Positions 1 through 12,958 of a DNA stretch of 57,868 bases are shown one piece after another. Made by a program: the position numbers and the translations under genes. The notes under the pieces were generated by a model that saw only the letters and a list, made by a program, of their open reading frames with translations, had not been told where the DNA came from and searched no databases. The DNA is from Neoconidiobolus thromboides FSU 785 (taxonomy: Eukaryota > Fungi > Entomophthoromycota), in the NCBI GenBank assembly GCA_025603075.1, contig MU626389.1:1-57868 (forward strand), in the 5' to 3' direction. How positions within the stretch are numbered: position 1 is the first letter of the stretch; every line of letters starts with the position of its first letter.

Positions 1-920
1 ACCATTTTATTCACAACATTTAATAAATTTTTAGCTGTAGAAATACGTGATACTTGATGTAAATCAGAACTAATTGTATTAGGTAAATAATTTGATTGAA
101 TTAAAGGTAATGCCACTTTAAAATTAAAACCACCACCGCCATGTCCAACATCAAATAAGACACCTTTATTAAACAATTTAATTAATACATCTTTAGGTGT
201 TTTGTAATCTTCTAATATTAATTTATTCCCATGTCCATTATAAAAATGAGTAATGATATCCCCTTGAATTAAATAAGGTTCGATATCTTCAATTGTTGGT
301 GGTGAATGTCCAATATGAATCATTAAAGGAATGTTAAATTGATCTCCTAATTCACGTGCCATTTTTAAACTTGAAAGATCCTTGTCGTTAACAGTAAATT
401 TATCTAATCTTATTTTAATTCCTTTAATATTATCTAAATTTTCTTCAATAACTTCTTTTGTAGATAATAAATCTAATGAATTTAGATTATCTTTTAATTC
501 CCCAGTACGTAATATAAGACCATGACTGGCTATATTTAAAAAAGAATAAATAGAAATTGGTGAATTTGAGATTATATTTTGTTGAAAATTTGAATAATTA
601 TAACTTCCCGCAGAACCTGCATCGACTACAGTTGTAACTCCAGATTCTATTGCACTAGTAGCTGGATCAATTCCCCAATAAGTTGAGCCATAATAAGCAT
701 GAACATGCATATCAATTAAACCTGGGGTTATTAAACAACCTTTGATATCGAGGGTTTGATAATCGGGAGATAAGGTTAATGATATTCCTATTTCTTCTAT
801 TATTCCATTACGAAGCTTTATTTCTGAGGGATAAATTATATTTGACTCAATATCAACTATTTGGCCATTGATTAAATGCCAATTGATATTATTACTGTTT
901 TGATTTGAAGAATGAATCAT
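1..920 (-). CDS. Metal-dependent amidohydrolase/deacetylase (COG3964/'dihydroorotase-like' family), intronless, 3' end outside the window
   Basis: Manual translation from ATG at 920 gives 306 uninterrupted codons, missed by the ORF track because there is no stop in the window. Motifs: PGLIDMHVH (HxH), SGVTTVVDAGSAG, GIKIR (carbamylated Lys position), PLMIHIG, GDIITHFY, FDVGHGGGGF, PNTISSDLH. Confidence 0.85.
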   Translation of the reverse strand, partial: MIHSSNQNSNNINWHLINGQIVDIESNIIYPSEIKLRNGIIEEIGISLTLSPDYQTLDIKGCLITPGLIDMHVHAYYGSTYWGIDPATSAIESGVTTVVDAGSAGSYNYSNFQQNIISNSPISIYSFLNIASHGLILRTGELKDNLNSLDLLSTKEVIEENLDNIKGIKIRLDKFTVNDKDLSSLKMARELGDQFNIPLMIHIGHSPPTIEDIEPYLIQGDIITHFYNGHGNKLILEDYKTPKDVLIKLFNKGVLFDVGHGGGGFNFKVALPLIQSNYLPNTISSDLHQVSRISTAKNLLNVVNKM

Positions 921-1193
921 ATTTTACTTTTGTAGAAAAAAATTCAAAAAAAAAAAATTCAAAACTTCTTTTTATAATGAAAATAAATTAAAATATTGCT
1001 ATATTGAAAAATATTAATCCGAAATAACATAACTCTATTTTAATTGTTCTATTTCTAATTTTGCTTTGGTCATCATTGTTTATTGAAATAATTCTTGATT
1101 TTTCTTTTATTCATTTTTTTAGAAATTTCAAAAGCTGAATTTCATTTGTTTTTTCTTTTAAGAATTACTTTAAAAGAAAAGAGATTAAAAACA

Positions 1194-2639
1194 ATGGAAG
1201 ATAAAGTTAATAATACAGAGTCAAAAACTAGTAAAGAAGCAGATGAGATTGTAAATGGACATGAAACAAAAGCTATAACACAAGAAGAGGTGAATGAAAA
1301 TGAAAAAAATGAAAAAAATGAAACTGAAATAAAAGATACAATTGAAAAAGATACAATTGAAAAAGATACAGAAAGTAATTAAATATTTATAATTAAAAAA
1401 ATCAATGTTTAAAACAATAATAAAGAAAACTCAACTGAAGGGTTAATAAAAGGTAGTTCCGAAATAAAAATATATACCAAAAAGGATCAATTAAAACTAG
1501 AAGAAATTGAAACTAATAACGAAGGTAATCTTCATTTATTCCCCCAGATAATAAATAAACATTAATCAATATTATTTGATTCAATAGAACTCGATCTAGC
1601 TAGTAAAATAATACAAAACTATGACATAATGATCAACAATCCATTATTTGATGTATCTTTTCAACAGAAATTAAAAAAAATGCGAGCATTAAGATCGACG
1701 AAATTAACTTCACTTTTAGATAAAGCATTAGAAAAATGTTTATTGAGTTTCAAGTAAGTATAAATCTATTTTATTGAAAGAGCTTATGAGAAGTTTTATG
1801 TATTAGTGGGACAGTATATAAAATAAACTCATTGACTTGTATCTATTTATTTTTAGTTATAAGAGAGTAGCTGAGGCCTTCCCAGAATTAGCCAAAAAGG
1901 AAGGGGAAATTTTAAAAAATGCATATCAACAAGCAGTTAATGTTTGGAAATCGGGATGTAAGGTAAAAAGAGGTTATTATCAATGATTTAGTTTTAATGA
2001 ACTTAACATATTTTTTATATTAAATAATAGGAGGATTTTCAAAGAATTATTGAAAAATATCAATTGATTAATAAGTTGAATGAATTTGATTATGAAATTC
2101 AAAAAGAAGTTATTAAAAGAAAATTTCATAGTGAGGTTTTAAATAACACTCAAGAAAATTCAAGGTAAATTCACTAAAAATTAAGTCTATTTTTTTAAAT
2201 AGAACACTACAAATTGAGCATTGATGATATTGATATTATAGTCTTGAAGATTTATGTTCTATTACTCCCAATCAATTACTTGAAGCTAAAAAAATAAAAT
2301 TAATGAAATTGGAATTAAATCAATTAAAACTGGAAAGGAAAAAAGTAAGTTTATATTATATTTAGTAATAATAGAACAAAACATAATACAATATAATATA
2401 ATAATATAATATATTATAGATGGAGTTTTATTCTATTTCGTTTTATTTATTTTCATATTTAGATAGAAGAAGAAAATCAAACGCTATATAATTCAATAGA
2501 ATTTAAAAATCAAAGTGTGAAACAAATTATGGAGGATTCAATGGAAGTTATGACGGATGTTAATAAAGTAAATCTATTAATTATAATAAATTTATTAATA
2601 TTAATTTTATAGGTATTTATGTTTCAAAAAAATCATTGA
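1194..2639 (+). CDS. Multi-exon coiled-coil protein, probably Nnf1/PMF1-like kinetochore (MIND complex) subunit with an acidic low-complexity N-terminus
   Basis: GT-AG-joined exons give ...KLTSLLDKALEKCLLSF..YKRVAEAFPELAKKEGEILKNAYQQAVNVWKSGC..EDFQRIIEKYQLINKLNEFD..., which resembles the Nnf1 pattern. The N-terminus has short tandem repeats (ENEKNEKNE; IKDTIEKDTIEKDT). The family call is from memory only. Confidence 0.5.
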
Positions 2640-2993
2640 ATGAAAAGATAATAAAATAAATAGGAAATAATGAGTATATTATTAAATAACTAGTGTTATT
2701 ATTTATGTATCTATTTTAATGAAAAACGGTGTTGATAAAACTTCCATACTTTTTTATTAATATTAATATTTTGATTTTTTTCTTTAACTACTAATTTTAT
2801 GTATTAAATATTTAATTGCAAAGTAATTTTTGATTTTTGATTTTTTCAACCAAAAATTTTCATTAAAAAAACGACTTTAATTAACACTTTAAAAACATCT
2901 AATAAGAAATCTTGTTTTTATTTTGAAATTCTTTATCTTTTTGTGACGAATTTTCTAATCAATTTTATTTCTGACTATTCAAAAATAATCATT

Positions 2994-5900
2994 ATGGACA
3001 GAGAACAATATATAGATGAAGAAATAGAGTTAACAGATCAAGAAGAATCGAATCTACCTTCCACTTTCAAAGAATATGAATTTGTAATTGGAATATTAAA
3101 CGATATTATAAATATAAAAGTGAATAATTTTGAAGAAAGAATAATAAAGAATAAACTAGATGAAGTTATTAAAATAGTAAGTATTAATTAATATATAATA
3201 TATGATATAGTATAATAAATATAAAAAAACAAATATAAAATTCCTTGCTAACTCTATTATTTTAGCTTGATCAATACCAAACATTTCCTAATTTGTTAGA
3301 TCCTCATTTAAAATTATTAGTTGATAAAGTGTTATTCTATTTACGAAGTTCAATTCAAGAGATGAACTTAATACCAATAACATCAATTGAAGATATTGAA
3401 AATTATGAATTCAAATTTCAATTACATGATTCTTTATTTTTGTTTTTATATCATTTAACTAAAATTCGAGGTTATAAAACTATTAGTAAGTTGTTGTTTT
3501 TCAATTTAATAAATAGAGTGTTAGATATGTTAAAGAAAGAGATACTAATTCTATTTTTTATTCTTTTTAGTTCATTTATTTACCCATGAAACAATTGATT
3601 TAGAAGTGAATTTTTATTATTTTATCAAGAGAAAACAAATAAAATCCCATTTATTACCTTGGCAAAGTGAATATATACTATTGTTATGGTTATCATTAAT
3701 ATTTATGATGCCATTTGACTTAAAAAAATTGGACTCGGGTTATAGTAAACAATTGGGTTATGAGGTAAATTAAAATAATTATTAACTATTGTTATTATAA
3801 ATGAAAAATCAATTATTTTTTATATTTAGTCTTTAATTGATCATGTAATTTTTATATGTAAAGGATTATTGTCAGTTAATGGCAAATGTATGGAAAGTGG
3901 TAGTCGATTATTAGCTCAATTAGTTATTAGGTAATTATTATATAATAATAAAAATAAATAATAATAGCAAAATTAATGGTGTAAAAAATAACTCTATTTT
4001 TTTATATAGACAAGATTGTATTACTCATTATCTACCCGAATTTTTAGAATGGAGTTATAGTTCATTACAAAAAAGTGAAGAACTATTTCTTGTAAGGTTT
4101 ATTAATTAATATTAGTTTAAATACATTTATCAATCTATTAATATATTTTTATAGTGGATAGGATTAATTACTAGTTTAGTGAATATATTAAAATTAGGAC
4201 AAAGGGAAGAATTAATTACATATATTAGTTCATTTGAATCTTATTTACAGTTATTTGATATGAAACAATTTTGGACTAAAAATGGTAATTTACGACAATT
4301 AAAAATTAAATATTCTCAACAATTGGGATTATTATGTTTAAAACCAATTGTAGCTAGTTGGAGGTATAAAAGAGGTAAGGAGAAAGATTAATTATAATAA
4401 TAGAGTATTTAATTGACGATTATGAATCTATTGTAAACTGTAGACTAATTAACAATATACCTTTTTTAATAAAAATAGGTTTTCGTACCTTGGAACAAAA
4501 TTTACATGGAAAAATAGAGGTTGATGATGATCAAAAATATTATCCAGAAAATAAAAAGAATGAAACTGAGAAAAATGAATTTGAAGTACCAACAATAATT
4601 GAAAATATTTTAGAAAATTTATTTGATGGTTTAAAAGATAAAGTAAGTTTGATATTAGTGTATTAAAATAAACCAAAACTCAATTGTTTTTACTTTATAA
4701 AAGGAAGTAGCTTGTCGATGGTCCAGTGCTAAAGGAATTGGAAGGATTGCTCAACGTTTACCAAAATCTTTTGGTGAAGATATAGTTTTATATTTATTAA
4801 ATCAATATAAAGAAAATGTATACAATTATGAAAATGAAGCTCCAAATTTATCTAATGTAGATGAGAATATTTGGCATGGTTTATCTTATTCGATTGCTGA
4901 ATTAGTACGTCGAGGTTTAATACCAAAACATTTAGTTGGTCCATGTTTAAAAGCAACATTATTAGTATGTTTATTTTTTAAAGTTCTTTTTATTTAAGAA
5001 TTAAAATAAACTAACGAATATTGTTTTTATTCAGGCTTTACAATTAGATATAAGAAGGGGTACTCATTCAGTTGGTAGTAATGTACGTGATGCAGCATGT
5101 TATGTAATATGGTGCTTTTCTAGAGCTTATTTGAAAGAAGATTTTTTACCCTTTGTAAACTCATTATCAAAAAGATTAGTTGTTATGGCTGTATTAGATA
5201 GAGAATCAAATGTAAGAAGAGCTAGTTCAGCAGCATTTCAGGAATTTGTTGGTAGAGTAGTAAGTGTTTTATAATATTTGATTAAAGATTAAGGATGATT
5301 AATTGTTTTGTTTCAATAGCATATCTTTCCAAATGGTAATGAATTATTGGATATTATTGATTATTATTCCATAGCTAATATAAGAAATTCGTTTTTAATT
5401 GCTAGTTCAAAAGTGACAAAGTAACAATTAGTATTATTTTTATATAAAATTTATAATTTTTTATTTTCATTTTTATAAAAATAGGTATTCTCATTATAAA
5501 GAAGCTTTATTTGAACATATGATTCAAATCAATTCATTACACTGGGATATCAATGTTAGAAGATTAACTTCTATTGCAGTTTATAATATATTGCCTTTTA
5601 TCGAAAAGGAAGCTATTTATAATTCTATTAATTTTTTAGTAAATTGTTATTCATTTATATTTCATTTTATTAAATTAATACTTATCTATAGCTTTTACAA
5701 ACAAGAAAATCGGAGCTTTGGGCTATTCACGGTTCCTTATTAACCTTAAGTAATTTATGTCTAGCCTTATCTAAAATGTCTAATTTCAATCTCTCATCTG
5801 AAAATCAATTATTATTTGATGAATATGATTTCAAATTAACCTTCCAAATGATACCTCAAGTTTTAATAAGATTTATAAACAATGGCTTACCAACTTTAGG

Positions 5901-7681
5901 ATCTGATATAGTATTAGAAGGTATACTTGAAATGATCAAAAAATTAGCGATGGCCAAATGGCCTATTAATGAAGAAATGCGAGTTAATATGAGACAGCTA
6001 ATTGATTTATCGGCAAATAGAAAGGAGGAAAGAATTCAATTATTAGCTTCTGAAAGTATGTTTGAATTTTCTAAAGGATATGGAATTTATCCTGAGGAAA
6101 TTAAAAATTACTTAAAGGAAATTGATCAAAGTAACAATTTATATTATAAACGTGGATTAGCATTGATATTAGGAAACATCCAATTAAAAAATAGGAAAGA
6201 AGAATTAGAAACTATGTTTTTAAAATTAATAAAAAAAATTGAAGAGCAAGGAATATATACATCTCAAGATATTAATTTAAAAAAAAATTGTATAACATCA
6301 ATAAATCAATTATTACAATATCAATTAAAAAATAACGATTTATCTCAAGAATTATTTATACAACTTTATTATTGTATTTTATCCAATTTAAAAGATTATA
6401 CAATAACGAGCCAAGGTGATGTTGGCTCTCACGTGCGTAAAGAAGCTATGTGTTGTTTACATTTAGGAATAAAAATAGTATTCGATTCCAAAGAAAAAGA
6501 AAGTCATCAACAATTACAGTTAAAACCAAAAGATTTACAACAATTAATTATGGGCTTATTACAACAAAGTTGTGAAAAAATTGATCGATTAAGAGAATGT
6601 GCAGGTTTAATTTTAATCGATATATTAAGAAAAAAAGAAATTGAAACACCTAATAAGCAGAAGCTTTTATCTATTTTGGATATAGAACCTCCCATTCAAT
6701 GGCTTAATCCAGCTTCTGTATTTCCAAATGTTATTCAAGTGTTGAAAATTCCAATATATCGTAAAGTAGTATTAAGTGGAATCCTTCAAAGTAGTGGAGC
6801 GATTACGGAAAGTTTGGTAAGTTTGAGTAAATTTAAATTGATTGATTCTATTTTTAACTTTTAATTTTGAAAATAGATTAAACATGCTGGTGGAGCATTA
6901 ATTGATTACTTAATTGAATTATCACAACAAGAAGAAACTGATAATAATCTGATAACTCAAGATAATAATAATAGTGAATCTAATCAATTACAAATGATAT
7001 TTAAGGACATACTCGAATTAATTGAACAAAATCAAAATAACGATCGGATTTTATTACCTATATTTGAAGTCTTAAATACCCTTTTCGAAGCTCAAGTATT
7101 TCAAAAGGTGTTAAATGATGAAAAAGATGAGTTGTATGTGAAGCCTTTTTTTATATTTGCAATATTTGATTGATTTTTTAAATATATTTTTTAGTATTTT
7201 TAAGTTGGCTAATTGTATTCGAAAAGAATATGTGAATTGTAAACAATTAACAAAAATTATGAGTTGTTGTAAAGTGTAAGTATTTTTTTATATGAAATAT
7301 TTCACCCTATTAAATTGAATTTGTTTATTATAAATCCAAGTATCTGTCAATTAAGTATAGTTAAAAATTCAGAAGCTAAAAAAATAGTATGGGCACAAAT
7401 TTTAAGGTTTTTAACATTTAATAATTTAAAGGTAGAATTTTTTTATAAATCATGTTTTCAAATACTGAATTTTATTAACTTGATAGATCCGTACCACTGC
7501 ATGTGAACAAACGTATATGAGTTTAACTTCAGATAATAGTGAAAATAAACAAGATTTTGAATGGTTGGAAGCTATATTATTAGAAACTGAATGGGATAAA
7601 TCAATTGTTGAATTAAGAGATATTGTTTTTCCTTTGTATAATAAGTTTGGTTTATTACCTCCTAAACTGATTAAAAAATAA
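2994..7681 (+). CDS. TBCD: Tubulin-specific chaperone D (tubulin folding cofactor D), many introns
   Basis: Exon translations include LLDPHL, IRGYKTI, RWSSAKGIGRIAQRLP, WHGLSYSIAELVRRGL, DIRRGTHSVGSNVRDAACYVIW, DRESNVRRASSAAFQEFVGR, DYTITSQGDVGSHVR, EKIDRLRECAG, all characteristic of TBCD/Cin1/Alp1. Confidence 0.9.
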
Positions 7682-8002
7682 AGATAAGTTTATACTTTTA
7701 TTTGTAATAAATTTGATAAAACCTGTTTCTTTGAGCTTTTAATATTTTTAGTCAAAATATTTGAATATTCAATTTAATCTTTTAAATATAAAGCTTATTT
7801 AATATTTGGAATATTAAATAATATGATAAATTATCAAAATAAAATTAAACTAAAAATGCTAATAAAATTTAATTGTTTTTTTACTTGAATAAAAATGAGA
7901 CAACAAAAGAAATGAAAAAAAGAGGTTGCCTAACTCTATTAGAATAATAAAAGACTTAGCTCATTGACTTCTCATTTACACTTTAATATCTATGCTAGTA
8001 AT

Positions 8003-9856
8003 TTATTTACGCATGGTTCCAAAGGCTTTATAAGCAAAACGTTGGAGTTTACGTTGAGCGGTACCATAAGTATCTTTTTGAGCATCAGAGGCATCAATGG
8101 TAAGAGCTTCCATAGCTTCAGCTAAAGCATCTTCAAGATCTTTCTTCTCACGTGGTTTAATCTTAAGAGAAGTGGTAAAGTCATTGAGTTGATTTTCAAT
8201 TTGATAAACGTAAGATTCAAGGGATTGTCTAGCTTGAACAGTTTGTTCACGTTTAGCATCTTCTTCTTTGAATTGTTCAGATTCTTTGATCATACGCTCA
8301 ATATCAGCGGATGAAAGACGTCCAGATGAGTTGGAGATAGTGATGTTGGCGGTACGACCAGAAGCTTTATCAAGAGCAGTAACTTTGAGGATACCATCAG
8401 CATTAAGATCGAAAGTACATTCGAGTTCTGGGGTACCACGTGGAGCTGGCATAATACCAGTAAGTTCAAATTTACCTAACATATTGTTATCTTTAGTCAT
8501 TGGACGTTCACCTTCGTATACTGGGAATTGAACAGTAGTTTGGTTATCTTCAGTGGTGGTGAAAACCTTCTTCTTGATGGTTGGGATAGAAGTGTTTCTT
8601 GGGACAACAACAGCCATAACACCACCTTGCATTTCAACACCAAGGGAAAGTGGGACAACATCAAGAAGTAAAAGATCTTGAGTTTTGGTTGGATCAGAGG
8701 TGTTGGTAAGGACAGCACCTTGAACAGCAGCACCATAAGCAACAGCTTCATCAGGATTGATGGATTTGTTTAATTCTTTACCGTTGAAGAATTCTTGAAG
8801 GAGAGATTGGATCTTTGGGATACGAGTAGAACCACCAACAAGGACAATTTCATCAACAGCGTTCTTGGCAACACCGGAATCCTTAACAACTTTTTCTACT
8901 GGAGTAACAGTGCTTTGGAAAAGAGTGTTACATAATTCTTCAAATTTAGCACGGGTAAGGTTAGCTTGATAATCAATACCTTCGAAAAGAGAATCAATTT
9001 CAAGAGTGGTTTGAGTAAGGGAAGAAAGAGTACGCTTGGCACGTTCACAAGCAGTACGGAGACGACGAACGGCACGAGCATCACCAGAAAGATCTTTCTT
9101 GTGTTTACGCTTGAAGTCTTCTTTGAAATGTTCTAAAAGAGCATTATCGAAATCTTCACCACCTAAATGGGTATCACCAGCAGTAGCTTTAACAGTGAAA
9201 ATACCTCCAGCAATGGTAAGAAGAGATACATCGAAAGTACCACCTCCTAAATCGAAGATAAGGACGGTCTTCTCAGTGGTATTCTTTGAGTCTAAACCGT
9301 AAGCAATAGCGGCAGCAGTTGGCTCGTTAATGATACGGAGGACATCAAGACCAGCAATAGAACCAGCATCTTTAGTGGCTTGACGTTGGGAGTCATTGAA
9401 ATAAGCAGGTACGGTAACAACTGCTTTCTTGACGGTTTTACCGAGTTTAGCTTCGGCAATTTCCTTCATCTTGATAAGAACCATGGCAGAAATTTCTTGT
9501 GGGGTATATTCTTTGGTCTCACCTTTGAATTCAACTTGAATCTTTGGGTTACCATCGTTATCAGTAACCTTGAAAGGCCAGTGAGACATATCCTTCTTTA
9601 CGGAAGGTTCATCATAACGACGACCAATAAGACGCTTAGCATCGAATACGGTATTTTTTGGGTTCATAGCGGATTGATTCTTAGCAGCATCACCAATGAG
9701 ACGTTCCTCTTCAGTGAAAGCAACATAAGATGGAGTAGTACGGTTACCTTGCTCATTGGCAATGATTTCAACACGCTCACCTTCCCATACGGCAACGCAA
9801 GAGTAAGTGGTACCTAAATCAATACCGATAGCACCTTGATATTCTTCAGCAGACAT
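8003..9856 (-). CDS. SSB1: Hsp70, ribosome-associated Ssb type, intronless
   Basis: [41 protein letters not shown]. It lacks a C-terminal EEVD and ends [12 protein letters not shown], as Ssb-type proteins do. The ATG at 9856 is preferred over the upstream non-ATG start in the track. Confidence 0.9.
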   Translation of the reverse strand: MSAEEYQGAIGIDLGTTYSCVAVWEGERVEIIANEQGNRTTPSYVAFTEEERLIGDAAKNQSAMNPKNTVFDAKRLIGRRYDEPSVKKDMSHWPFKVTDNDGNPKIQVEFKGETKEYTPQEISAMVLIKMKEIAEAKLGKTVKKAVVTVPAYFNDSQRQATKDAGSIAGLDVLRIINEPTAAAIAYGLDSKNTTEKTVLIFDLGGGTFDVSLLTIAGGIFTVKATAGDTHLGGEDFDNALLEHFKEDFKRKHKKDLSGDARAVRRLRTACERAKRTLSSLTQTTLEIDSLFEGIDYQANLTRAKFEELCNTLFQSTVTPVEKVVKDSGVAKNAVDEIVLVGGSTRIPKIQSLLQEFFNGKELNKSINPDEAVAYGAAVQGAVLTNTSDPTKTQDLLLLDVVPLSLGVEMQGGVMAVVVPRNTSIPTIKKKVFTTTEDNQTTVQFPVYEGERPMTKDNNMLGKFELTGIMPAPRGTPELECTFDLNADGILKVTALDKASGRTANITISNSSGRLSSADIERMIKESEQFKEEDAKREQTVQARQSLESYVYQIENQLNDFTTSLKIKPREKKDLEDALAEAMEALTIDASDAQKDTYGTAQRKLQRFAYKAFGTMRK

Positions 9857-10577
9857 CTTTATCAATTTGTAAATAAGACAGTAATTAAGTCCAAAGACAA
9901 AGGAAGATTTTCGCTAGGCATATTGGGCTAAATAAATTTTTGGAAAATTTTCAAGGCTGGACTTTTACGACCAATTAGTTATGATTTGCTGCCCCAAAAT
10001 CAATTTAATTGGTACATTAAGATTTCGATAATATCTTTTGGCTTATTAAATTGGGATCACAACTTATGGGAAATTATCTGAGAAATGATTGTAAATAAAG
10101 TAAGCTGGAATTTTCTGTTAGTAAAACTTGGAAATTAGAATCAATAGTTAAAACAAATTGCAAACAAAAAGAATATGATTTCCTATTTTTATTAACTTAA
10201 TTTCTTGAAGCAAAACAAATGTGAATTAAAAATAGCAAATTATAAATTTATAACAATTTTAATAATTAAATACGGGGATATTTTGTATAAAATTACAAGT
10301 CGAAAACTTTACTTTGTTAAAGTTAGTAATAAAATGTAAATTAAACTTTATATAAATAACTTGAATTATTTTAAAATTTTTATTTTTCTACAACTAAGCT
10401 TTGTTGTTCTCAATAATATATTAAATAGCCAAAGCTTAAAATTTACAATACAACTTCTAAAAATTATTCTATTACTTACAATGGTCAAGTATTAAAAAAT
10501 AGCAAAAATTACTGGTTAAATCAAAGCCAAAGTATACCTAACTCCTAAATAATAAACTATATGACGTTTAAAACAAA

Positions 10578-10678
10578 TGGGGGTGTTTTTATGGTTTCAT
10601 CACTTTTTCTGTTTTTTTGAGCACTATTTGAGTGGAAAGATTGTTAGTGAAATTCTTAGACAAGAAAATACATCCCCA
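10578..10678 (+). mobile_element. ~100-bp TIR element (MITE family A) copy
   Basis: TGGGGGTGTTTTT...GCACTATTTGAGTGGAAAGATTGTTAGTGAAATTCTT...AAAATACATCCCCA; matches the other copies. Confidence 0.8.
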
Positions 10679-10986
10679 AAGAGTAGGCAAAAAACTATTT
10701 TTATTGTAAGTGTTATTAATACAATGAAATATTACCTTTAAGTAAATTTGATTTGACTTAATTTTTAGCTCAAAATATTATTAATTGCCATTAACTGCTT
10801 CTAAACTTTTAAAAAACTATACTAATATATTCATAAAATCTTTAATAAATGAAGTAACAGTACACGTTTGATTGTTTCTACTATTCACATAGTGTTATAC
10901 AACAGAATGGGACCATTTGGTATTTGGTTACCAGACTAGTATCAATTTTTGAACACATAAATTAAACGTATAATAGCTTATCAAGC

Positions 10987-12052
10987 TTAAACAATATTAA
11001 GAGCTGCGGAGCACGAGGGACAATGCCACGATCCTTTTGGCGGTTCAGTTAAGCCAACACATTCATAATGAAACCATTCATGAGGACAATTCTATCGATA
11101 TTAATAAACAACACTATTGAAGTTAATATTTTTTACCTCCCCATCACAGCCAACCATATCCCCAAACGATTCTCTGCTACAAAAGCAATATAGGCGGTCG
11201 TCATTTTCGCTTTCTTCAAACTCTTCTTCTCTTGTAATATTTCCGTTCTCACTACTTATTTTAATAACTGTTTTATCTCTCTGATGTGAGCCCCTATAAT
11301 ACTATTAGTTATATATTCGATAAGCAGGAAAAAGATATTACTTCGGAGGTTTCTTTTGTCTAGCATGAGTTCCAGTTTTTTGTCTTGAGCTTATACTTAC
11401 TTGACTGGCACTAACAACCGATATTTTCCTTTTTTCTAGTATTATTAATAACAAAGTTTCATAAAATAATAACAAAGTACCAGGAACTGTAGTTACTTTA
11501 TAGCCATTCGCATCAAGATTAGTATGATCTTCCCCATTTTCATGTAAACTTTTAGCTGTCGGATCCCAAATTAATGCTTCACTGTTCATTTTGTTTATAC
11601 GAATTTCAAGCTAATTTTAGATATTAACTATTATCATTTTCTTATTTTTAATTTACCATAGTTTTTAAATTTTTTAAGCGTGCTTTTGAGTCTTCACATT
11701 TATTTAAAGCTGTTTTAAACTCTTTATCGACTTTGCCCATAACTTGAGCTTCTTGAGGATTTACGCCATTAGTAAAGCCATTAGTTTCATAAAACTTTGA
11801 TAAAGATTTTTCTCTTAGATCCAGACGAGTTCGAACCTCTTTAAATAAAATAAATAAAAAATTAATAAACATTTATAACATACTTTGAATATCTTTTGAA
11901 TTTTCTTTAACCTTTGTAAACGTTTTTATAAATTCCGATCTTAAATGAGATAATTCTAATATTGCTATTTTAATGTTCTGATTTTTGTAATAGTTTTTTT
12001 AGTTACCATCAAGATAATCTTGAAGTATTATATTGTAGTCAATTCCTTCCAT
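10987..12052 (-). CDS. ING-family (Yng2/Pho23/ING) chromatin reader with a C-terminal PHD finger, multi-exon
   Basis: First exon [15 protein letters not shown]. Spliced C-terminus [22 protein letters not shown]|[27 protein letters not shown] is a canonical ING PHD finger. Confidence 0.82.
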
Positions 12053-12348
12053 GCGTCAGTAATATTATTAGTAATTCACAAATTTAATCAAGTTAGCTAA
12101 GCATCCCAAAACGTTAATTTAAGGACAAAATATCTATTTTTGCATTATATTACATCATAAGTTACAAATAGCAGAACAAAAATGTAAATTATAAAATTTA
12201 ATTGGTAATTAAAAACAATCACAATAAAAAACTTTGCAGTCAAAAAAATGACGGGAATCCCATAATTCGAGGCTTATAAAAAGACTGACGAAAGCGAGAT
12301 TTTTCGAACTATTAATCAGGTTTAAAACTCGTTTAAAGTTAAAGTAAA

Positions 12349-12895
12349 ATGGCCAACCCAAAAGTATTTTTCGATATCACCGCCAATGATCAATCATTAG
12401 GTCGTATCGTTATGGAGCTTCGTAAAGATGTTGTTCCAAACACCGCTGAAAATTTCCGTGCCTTATGTACTGGTGAAAAAGGATATGGCTATAAAGGTTG
12501 CTCTTTCCATCGTGTCATTCCAAACTTCATGTGTCAAGGTGGTGACTTCACCAACCATAACGGTACTGGTGGTAAATCCATCTATGGTGAAAAGTTCAGA
12601 GATGAAAACTTCACTCTTAAACATACTGGTAAACTATTTTTAAACTATTTTTTATTTTTAATACTGAATATATTTTATAGGACCTGGTATTCTTTCTATG
12701 GCTAATGCTGGACCACATACTAACGGATCCCAATTCTTCCTTTGCACTGTTAAGACTGAATGGTTAGACGGCAAACACGTTGTATTTGGATCAGTTGTTG
12801 AAGGTATGGATGTTGTCAAGAAAGTTGAAGGTTACGGTTCCAACTCTGGAAGAACCTCAGCCAAGATTGTTATTGCTGACTGTGGTGAACTTTAA
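12349..12895 (+). CDS. CPR1: Cyclophilin A peptidyl-prolyl isomerase; one intron at 12629-12680
   Basis: [44 protein letters not shown]|[29 protein letters not shown]. Confidence 0.97.
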
Positions 12896-12958
12896 ATAGA
12901 AATTTTTAAATAAATTTTTCATTTTAAATTTTTTGTTTCTTTTTGTATTTTTAATACC

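Noticed and set aside
8268-9817. Several plus-strand and alternate-frame ORFs over Hsp70, and similar shadow ORFs over PEX6, UAP1, ABC-F, CPR1 and the F-box gene
   Set aside because: They are antisense or frame shadows of conserved genes with biased codons, with no independent motifs.
9935-10015. GAAAATTTTC palindrome (RRPE/HSE-like) and a ~45-nt imperfect hairpin ACCAATTA...TAATTGGT upstream of the Hsp70 gene; considered as a snoRNA or regulatory element
   Set aside because: The spacing does not fit nGAAnnTTCn, there is no convincing box C/D pair or rRNA guide, and such motifs are expected by chance in very AT-rich DNA.
10272-10300. TACGGGGATATTTTGT, resembling a MITE-A end
   Set aside because: Too short and degenerate to call a copy.
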